A program made the translations under genes and the position numbers. From positions 1 through 32,000 of the forward strand of contig JAMWCX010000002.1 of the NCBI GenBank assembly GCA_023818895.1: a stretch of DNA of 32,000 nucleotides. The letters run 5' to 3'. Source of the DNA: Candidatus Omnitrophota bacterium. Lineage in GTDB: Bacteria; Omnitrophota; Gorgyraeia; 2-01-FULL-45-10. Each line of letters starts with the position of its first letter. Positions within the stretch are counted from its first letter, which is position 1. The notes under the pieces were generated by a model that was not told the DNA's origin, searched no databases, and worked only from the letters and a program-made list of their open reading frames with translations. Below, piece after piece: positions 26,317 to 32,000 of this stretch.

Positions 26317-26469
26317 TTACTTGCAGCAGCCTTTACGTTTTGTTATCCTCCTTAGCGCCTTCTCCATCCTAGCCTTTGCTTGTTCGGGCGTTTTACCCTC
26401 AGTAAGACATCCGCAACAGAGGGCGGCATAACCGCGCCTATTCTTTATTTTGAAAACCTTTGTCTTCAT
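26317..26469 (-). CDS. Unlisted 50-aa basic Cys-rich protein, possibly a HicB/UPF0150-like fold
   Basis: My translation: MKTKVFKIKNRRGYAALCCGCLTEGKTPEQAKARMEKALRRITKRKGCCK. SD GGAAGG lies just upstream and a terminator 20 nt downstream. GY.A....GC.T.G.T.E.A resembles the HicB N-terminal pattern (GYVA.VP.LPGC.TQG.T.EEA). Below the ORF-track size cutoff. Confidence 0.55.
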   Translation of the reverse strand: MKTKVFKIKNRRGYAALCCGCLTEGKTPEQAKARMEKALRRITKRKGCCK

Positions 26470-26511
26470 ACCTTCCTTTCTGTCAGTCTTAGGCTCGCGT
26501 ATGTGAAGATC

Positions 26512-26802
26512 CTAAGTGACCTCCGTCAAATCCCAAACAAACGCCTTGATACCTTCCTTGCCCAGCACGCTACGCAACTTTCCTATACAGCTAATAAGCT
26601 GTTTAGCGTCGGTATCGGTGCATGAAACATACATAACATTGTTAAGGCCGGGCCATATATCATTTCCGAGATGGGTACCCGAAGATTCGCCCTTGCCGTA
26701 AACGCTTGTGAACTTAGTATAACTCTTAAGAGCGCAGTTAGTCAATACTTCCATCACTTCTTCGTCGATCGCCATATTATAAGCTATCATCACCATCTTC
26801 AT
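26512..26802 (-). CDS. Small P-II-like, transporter-associated protein (96 aa)
   Basis: MKMVMIAYNMAIDEEVMEVL...YGKGESSGTHLGNDIWPG...NVMYVSC...GIKAFVWDLTEV follows a beta-alpha-beta / loop / beta-alpha-beta pattern. ATG 26802 has SD AGGAGG 6 nt upstream and overlaps the RND stop (ATGA). The track ORF's 46-aa N-terminal extension lies inside the RND gene. Confidence 0.7.
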   Translation of the reverse strand: MKMVMIAYNMAIDEEVMEVLTNCALKSYTKFTSVYGKGESSGTHLGNDIWPGLNNVMYVSCTDTDAKQLISCIGKLRSVLGKEGIKAFVWDLTEVT

Positions 26803-29800
26803 AGCGCGCCTCCTACCCTCTTCCGCCGATCCTTCTTTAAACGCGATTCTACCGCCGCATATAGCGTAGGCACAAAAAGCATTGTGACGAACGTGGATAC
26901 CGAAAGCCCCCCGAGCATGGTAATGCCAAGCGGCTGCCACATCTCTGAGCCCTCACCCCGTGAAAACGCCATAGGCAGAAGACCTGCTAGCGTCGTAAAC
27001 GTCGTCATGAGGACCGGCCTGAGGCGCTGCCTCCCACCCTCGGTAACCGCCTCTAGCATGGAATAGCCGCGCGCGCGCAATATTCCGATATAGCTCACCA
27101 GGACGATCGCGTTATTGACAACGATGCCCATGAGCATGACTATACCGAGAAAGGTGAGCACGCTAAGCGTTGTTCTTGTAAGCACAAAAGCAAGGATAAC
27201 GCCGGTGAAGGTGAACGGCACCGCGAACATAACAATAAACGGATCAATGAGTGACTCAAACTGCGCGGCCATAACCATATAGACAAGTATGATTCCCAGT
27301 ATCAAAAGGAGAAAAAGGTCTCTAAATGCCTTCTGCTGCTCTTCCGCCTCCCCTCCGACATTTATCATTATATCAGCTGGAAGCACAATTTTCGATATGC
27401 GCGATTTCAGGTCCTCAACTATCTTTCCAGGCGAGCGCCTGAAAGCATTGCACGATACGGTAACCACACGCTCGCGATTCTGCCTCTCAATAGAAACAGG
27501 TCCGCTGAGCTCGCGAACCTTGATGATATTGCCGAGCCGTATCTTCTCACCGCTTAGAGGCGAGACCACAAACAAGTTCTCTATATCTTCGGGTTTCGCG
27601 CGGGAAGATTCCTCAAGTCTCACATATATATCATAAGTTTCCCCTTTTTCGCGGTAACGTGTTGCTGTGGATCCCTCGATGAACGTCTTGGCCGTATCTG
27701 CTATCGTGCCCATGTCTATGCCGAGAACGGCCGCCTTTTCGCGATCAACCTCTATCCTCAACTCCGGCCTGTTTATCTCTCTGGAAATGCTCACGTCAAC
27801 TGCGCCAGGAGTCTTCTCCATTATATCCTGTATAATTTTGGCCACGCGGTCAGTTTCCTCAAACGAATGGCCTATGACCTCTATCTGTATGGCCTTGCCG
27901 CCCATGCCGGTTATGGCCCTCCCTATGGGGTTTCCAGTAGAAATGTCGACTTTAAGCGCCCCCGGTATCTTAGCTATTTCCCTACGTATCCTCTGCCCTA
28001 CTTCTTCAACTGAAGCCTTCCTTTCTGTCTTTGAGACAAGCTTAAGCCCAGCGGCAACCACATGGCTTCCAGAGGGACCGCCAACTATCCTGGGGCCTCC
28101 GCGCATTGTCTCCCCGCTACGAACGTAGAAGGTCTTTGCCTCAGGTACCTTCATCGCAAATATCTCCTCGATGCGCCGTGCCACCTTGTCCGTCTCCTCA
28201 ACCCTTGTACCAAGCGCAAGCTCCACTGTAATCCTAATGTCTCCGGTGTCCTCTTCCGGAATAAATTCGTTTCCTACAAAACCTGTCAGGAAAAAACTCG
28301 CCATAAAAACCAACAAAAAACCGATAATAACCGTTTTTTTGCGACCCAAACACCAGGCCAGCGCACGCGAGTAACGCTCTTCCATCCTGCCGAACCACTT
28401 CTCTGAGGCATCATAAAACGCAACCAGCCACCTCTGCTTGAAGCGCACCTTCTCACCTTGCTGACTTGCGGTAAGCCATTTTGAGCACAGCATTGGGCTG
28501 AAGGTCGCGGCGGTGAAAAGCGACGCCGTTAAGGTGATAGTAATAACCATGGCAAGTTCGCCAAACATGATGCCTACCACTCCCGGGATAAGAAGCATGG
28601 GCAAAAACACGACGACCGTCGTGAGCGTCGAGGCGGCTATGGACAGGAACATCTCGGACGTGCCGAAGATCGCGGCTTCCTGCGGCCGCTGGCCACGCTC
28701 TATATGCCGCACGGTGTTATCCACAACCACTATAGCATTGTCAACCACCATGCCACAGGCTATGGCGAGCGAGAACAGGCTTATAACATTAATGGTCTTA
28801 CCCCCAAGAAAGAGGTAAATGAAAGCTATAAGAAGCGAAAACGGTAAAGTAAGCGCGATTATTATGCTCGGCTTGAACTGCCGTAGGAAAAACCACACAA
28901 CCAATATAACCGCCGTAATTCCTATAAACAGCGTTGACTTGAGCGAATGGAGCGTGTTAACGATATCCTGCGATGTATCGAATAGGATATGCATGCTTAT
29001 GTCGGCTGGCAGGGTCTTCGAAATCTGCTCGAGTTTTTTCTTCACTGTCTCAGCAACCTCAACGGTGTTAGTACCTGTCTGTTTCTGCACCATAAGCATG
29101 AGCGCCGGCTTCTTGTTAAACCTGAGTATGGTGGTAACCTCACGGAAGCCATCCTCGACTCTCGCGACATCCTTTAAGTAGACATACTTTCCTTCGCGCT
29201 TACCAAGGATAACCAGATTAATCTCATCGGGGCTGGCAAATTCCCCCGGCAGCCTGACCAGGTATTCGGTAAGACCTGTCTTGATATTACCAACGGGCTG
29301 AGTAATGTTCGCCCGCTTCAGCGCATCGCGTATATCCAATATCGAAAAACCGTAACCCTCGAGCTTTTCTCTGTCGATCCATACATTTATCTGCCGCTCC
29401 AGACCGCCTATGAGCTGCACGGTGCCTACCCCAGGTATCTGGCGCAGCGGATCTCCGACTCGCTTGTCGATCATATCATAGAGTTCGGGGTAGCTCTGTT
29501 CGGCGGTGACCCCTAGGAATATTATCGGTATCATGGCAGTGTTGAATTTGAATATGAAGGGATTGTCCATCTCGTCAGGTATGTCAGGCAGGAACCTTTT
29601 GGCAAGGTCGATCCTGTCGCGGATATCGTTCGAAGCCTCGTCGAGGTTTGTGCCCCAATCAAACTTGAGCGTTATCCGAGACGAACCTTCTGAAGAACGA
29701 GAGGTTATCTTGTCAAGACCGGGCGTGGTAGCAAGTTGATTCTCTAAAGGCTCGGTCACCCGCACTTCAACATCTTCGGCGCTCGCGCCCGGATAATTGG

Positions 29801-29945
29801 CTATAACCGTTATCGCGGGCGGTTCTATTTCCGGCATCATGTCTATGCCCAACCGCGAAAGGCTGTACAAAGCGATGATGATGATCGCTGAGAAGATCAT
29901 AAGGTTAGTAACAGGCCTTTTTACGCCGAATTGCGGTAAATTCAT
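26799..29945 (-). CDS. RND efflux transporter permease (AcrB/HAE1-like)
   Basis: 1048 aa. N-terminus MNLPQFGVKRPVTNLMIFSAIIIIALYS..., with typical two-fold TM and large periplasmic loop architecture and conserved VVDNAIVV/VVNNAIVLV TM4/TM10 motifs. Confidence 0.95.
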   Translation of the reverse strand: MNLPQFGVKRPVTNLMIFSAIIIIALYSLSRLGIDMMPEIEPPAITVIANYPGASAEDVEVRVTEPLENQLATTPGLDKITSRSSEGSSRITLKFDWGTNLDEASNDIRDRIDLAKRFLPDIPDEMDNPFIFKFNTAMIPIIFLGVTAEQSYPELYDMIDKRVGDPLRQIPGVGTVQLIGGLERQINVWIDREKLEGYGFSILDIRDALKRANITQPVGNIKTGLTEYLVRLPGEFASPDEINLVILGKREGKYVYLKDVARVEDGFREVTTILRFNKKPALMLMVQKQTGTNTVEVAETVKKKLEQISKTLPADISMHILFDTSQDIVNTLHSLKSTLFIGITAVILVVWFFLRQFKPSIIIALTLPFSLLIAFIYLFLGGKTINVISLFSLAIACGMVVDNAIVVVDNTVRHIERGQRPQEAAIFGTSEMFLSIAASTLTTVVVFLPMLLIPGVVGIMFGELAMVITITLTASLFTAATFSPMLCSKWLTASQQGEKVRFKQRWLVAFYDASEKWFGRMEERYSRALAWCLGRKKTVIIGFLLVFMASFFLTGFVGNEFIPEEDTGDIRITVELALGTRVEETDKVARRIEEIFAMKVPEAKTFYVRSGETMRGGPRIVGGPSGSHVVAAGLKLVSKTERKASVEEVGQRIRREIAKIPGALKVDISTGNPIGRAITGMGGKAIQIEVIGHSFEETDRVAKIIQDIMEKTPGAVDVSISREINRPELRIEVDREKAAVLGIDMGTIADTAKTFIEGSTATRYREKGETYDIYVRLEESSRAKPEDIENLFVVSPLSGEKIRLGNIIKVRELSGPVSIERQNRERVVTVSCNAFRRSPGKIVEDLKSRISKIVLPADIMINVGGEAEEQQKAFRDLFLLLILGIILVYMVMAAQFESLIDPFIVMFAVPFTFTGVILAFVLTRTTLSVLTFLGIVMLMGIVVNNAIVLVSYIGILRARGYSMLEAVTEGGRQRLRPVLMTTFTTLAGLLPMAFSRGEGSEMWQPLGITMLGGLSVSTFVTMLFVPTLYAAVESRLKKDRRKRVGGAL

Positions 29946-30045
29946 ATTGCAGATTCTTTCACGCTATTATTATATAAAACGACCTTAATCTCAGCGCTTT
30001 CCCATGCCCACTACAATCTTTACCACGTTGATCAAAAATGTTGGG

Positions 30046-30927
30046 CTATTCCTCCGCCGTCACAGATGCCCCATCGCGCAGCTTCTGCTGGCCCATAATT
30101 ACAACCGACTCTCCGACTTTAAGACCATCTATGACCTCGACATAGGCCCCCCGACGCGCGCCAAGCCTTACCTGCCGTAAACGCGCCTTGCCGTCCTCCA
30201 CCACATAAACATAAAAAGGCTCGATGCGCCCAATCACGGCCTCTTTGAGGATGGCTGGATTCTGCCTGTGTTCCTCGATGATAAGACTAACTTTCGCGAA
30301 CATGCCGGACTGAAGCCGGTGGTCCGGATTATCGATGACTATCTCGATAGGGGCGCTGCGCGTCTGCAAATCAATCACAGGGCTTATATTTTGAACATAT
30401 CCGAGAAACTCTTCTTTTGGATAGGCGTCAACTCTGACTATCGCTTTCTGTCCTATCCGTATGCTGGGAAGATAGGTCTCCGGCACTTTAAGATATATCT
30501 CCGCCTTGTCCATATCAGCAACGAGCGCTATAGGTGTCTGCATCGTTACACTTGATCCGATATCGACGTATATACGTCCTATCCTGCCGCTAAGCGGCGC
30601 CTCAACAGGTGCCTTTTCGAATTTCAAGCCAACCTCATCCCGGTCGATATACGCTATCGGATCGCCTTTAGCAACAGTATCGCCTTCCTCTTTGACTTTT
30701 TCTATTATTTTTCCGGTCACCTTAGGATATACAATAGCCTCATCCTGCCCCTTTATATCGCCAACGTACTCAAGTGTTCTCGAAACGTCTTCCAGCGACA
30801 CCTTCATAACCTTTACCGGCATGGCCTCATTGCCAGCTTTAGTCTGCCGTCCTTTTTCGCAACCGCTTGTACCAACCGCTATTATGCATAAGCATATTAT
30901 ATAAACGATACTGCGCTTCCGCTTCAT
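30046..30927 (-). CDS. RND efflux periplasmic adaptor (MFP/HlyD family) lipoprotein
   Basis: Signal plus Cys (IIAVGTSGC), a lipoyl/beta-barrel-type sequence (GDTVAKGDPIAYID...APLSGRIG), and the operon position between the OMF and RND genes. Confidence 0.9.
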   Translation of the reverse strand: MKRKRSIVYIICLCIIAVGTSGCEKGRQTKAGNEAMPVKVMKVSLEDVSRTLEYVGDIKGQDEAIVYPKVTGKIIEKVKEEGDTVAKGDPIAYIDRDEVGLKFEKAPVEAPLSGRIGRIYVDIGSSVTMQTPIALVADMDKAEIYLKVPETYLPSIRIGQKAIVRVDAYPKEEFLGYVQNISPVIDLQTRSAPIEIVIDNPDHRLQSGMFAKVSLIIEEHRQNPAILKEAVIGRIEPFYVYVVEDGKARLRQVRLGARRGAYVEVIDGLKVGESVVIMGQQKLRDGASVTAEE

Positions 30928-30937
30928 AACATTTCTC

Positions 30938-32000
30938 CTACTCTATCTTTATATTGTCGTATATTAGAGTCATGCCTTCGGCCAAGGCAAGTTCGGCGAT
31001 GGCCTTATTGTATTCTATGACGGCCTCGGCATAGCTAACCTCTGCTCGCGCCAACTTCTCCTGATAATCTATTATGTCGTGCGTGGAAACAAGCCCCGCT
31101 CTGAATCTCGCTTCTTGCGCCTCGTAATTCTTCTGTTCGGCATCCCTGTTCTTGATGCTTGCCTCAAGCATCCTGTATCTAATATCAACTTCGCGCACGG
31201 CGCTCCTCACTTCAAGTATTATCTTCTGCTCCATCCTCTTGAAAGCAAGCAGCGCCTGCTGTTTCTCAAGCTTAGATTTCTGATACTTACCCTTGGCATC
31301 ATCATTTCCAAGCGGCACCGTAACGCTTACGCCTACCTTCCAGTCATTATACATACCGCTACCCAGTATGCCCATGTCTTTCTCAAAGTTCTTAGCCAGG
31401 CCGTTATAGCCCCAACTTCCGACTAAATCTACGATCGGAAGCATGCCGTTCTTATTGTAGATAACGGTGATATCCTTGTTCTTCAAGTCTATCTTCGCCG
31501 CCTCGTAGTCCGGCCTGTGGCTGAAGGCCTTATCAAGTGAGTCTATACTATCAAGCTCTTTCTTCTCATACGCAAGCGCATCTAAGGGCTCAATATTGGC
31601 GCTCCACAATTCCACATCATTGACAAGGTTTGTGATGAATTTAAGGTTATCCTCAGCAAGTTTCATAACTCCTTCGGCGCCCGCGACCGCTTTTTCGAAA
31701 CGGGCGACTTCCGCTTCGGATTGCAAGAGATCCACATTCGATGCTATTCCTTTGGCATATTTTTCCTTGTTGATATTATACAGGTCCTCAACGCGCTTGA
31801 GCGAAACCACAGCCGTCTGGTACTGCGCACGGCTGTACTGGAAATCATAATAGGCCTTCTTCACGTCTGTAAGCGTCTTCATGACATCTTTCTTGAATTC
31901 CTGGATAGATTTTAGCTTATTGTTCTTCGCGATCAAAAAGTCCGCCTGAGTTACAACTATGCCGCCTCCTCTCATAAGGGGCTGTGTAACCGTTACCGCC
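30938..32000 (-). CDS. TolC-family outer membrane efflux protein, partial (5' end beyond window)
   Basis: Two helical-repeat halves typical of OEP proteins (Y..A...L..A....A.A.Y patterns). The frame remains open upstream of the track's Met (31975) to the window edge, and 345 aa is too short for a complete TolC. Confidence 0.85.
   Translation of the reverse strand, partial: AVTVTQPLMRGGGIVVTQADFLIAKNNKLKSIQEFKKDVMKTLTDVKKAYYDFQYSRAQYQTAVVSLKRVEDLYNINKEKYAKGIASNVDLLQSEAEVARFEKAVAGAEGVMKLAEDNLKFITNLVNDVELWSANIEPLDALAYEKKELDSIDSLDKAFSHRPDYEAAKIDLKNKDITVIYNKNGMLPIVDLVGSWGYNGLAKNFEKDMGILGSGMYNDWKVGVSVTVPLGNDDAKGKYQKSKLEKQQALLAFKRMEQKIILEVRSAVREVDIRYRMLEASIKNRDAEQKNYEAQEARFRAGLVSTHDIIDYQEKLARAEVSYAEAVIEYNKAIAELALAEGMTLIYDNIKIE

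Noticed and set aside
26803-26940. 46-aa N-terminal extension of the P-II-like ORF (MAAAWHYHARGAF...)
   Set aside because: It lies inside the RND gene in another frame. The internal ATG 26802 has an AGGAGG SD and an ATGA junction with the RND stop.
1-32000. Search for CRISPR arrays, tRNA/rRNA genes, and long DNA-level direct or inverted repeats
   Set aside because: I saw no spaced repeat arrays and no tRNA-like T-arm/acceptor signatures in the intergenic gaps, all of which are under 250 nt. Nothing resembled rRNA. This was an eye scan only, so tRNAscan-SE, Infernal and a self-dot-plot should confirm it.

Overview
Bacterial chromosomal window with almost all genes on the minus strand. All function calls come from motif recognition by eye; no database search was possible. 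The centre is housekeeping: rnhB-rplS-trmD-rpsP, murA-prmC, prfA, rpmE, rho-coaE-glgA (joined by short start/stop overlaps) and polA. An alpha-glucan block follows, with glgE divergent from a GlgM-type GT4 gene, plus the GT5 glgA nearby. Both ends look accessory. The left end holds a minus-strand ORF of at least 819 codons with SF2/SecA-DEAD-like ATPase motifs. It is missing from the ORF track because it runs off the window, and it has no ATG/GTG/TTG in its own frame for about 200 nt. A 130-aa signal-anchor ORF precedes it in the -1 frame, and a roughly 0.8-kb internally deleted IS remnant lies beside it. The right part holds a 1746-aa multi-pass membrane giant ORF with duplicated HEAT-like modules, a secreted BNR/Asp-box propeller protein, an unlisted 50-aa Cys-rich ORF, and a TolC-MFP-RND-PII-like efflux operon. 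The most interesting signal is that the giant ORF and the left-end ORF share an N-terminal leader (hydrophobic segment, D[IV]AWA, then FQDP). This suggests an uncharacterised family of very large envelope proteins. Several near-consensus sigma70-type promoters and intrinsic terminators delimit transcription units, and one promoter/terminator pair brackets about 120 nt of non-coding sequence (candidate sRNA). I saw no rRNA, tRNA or CRISPR array.
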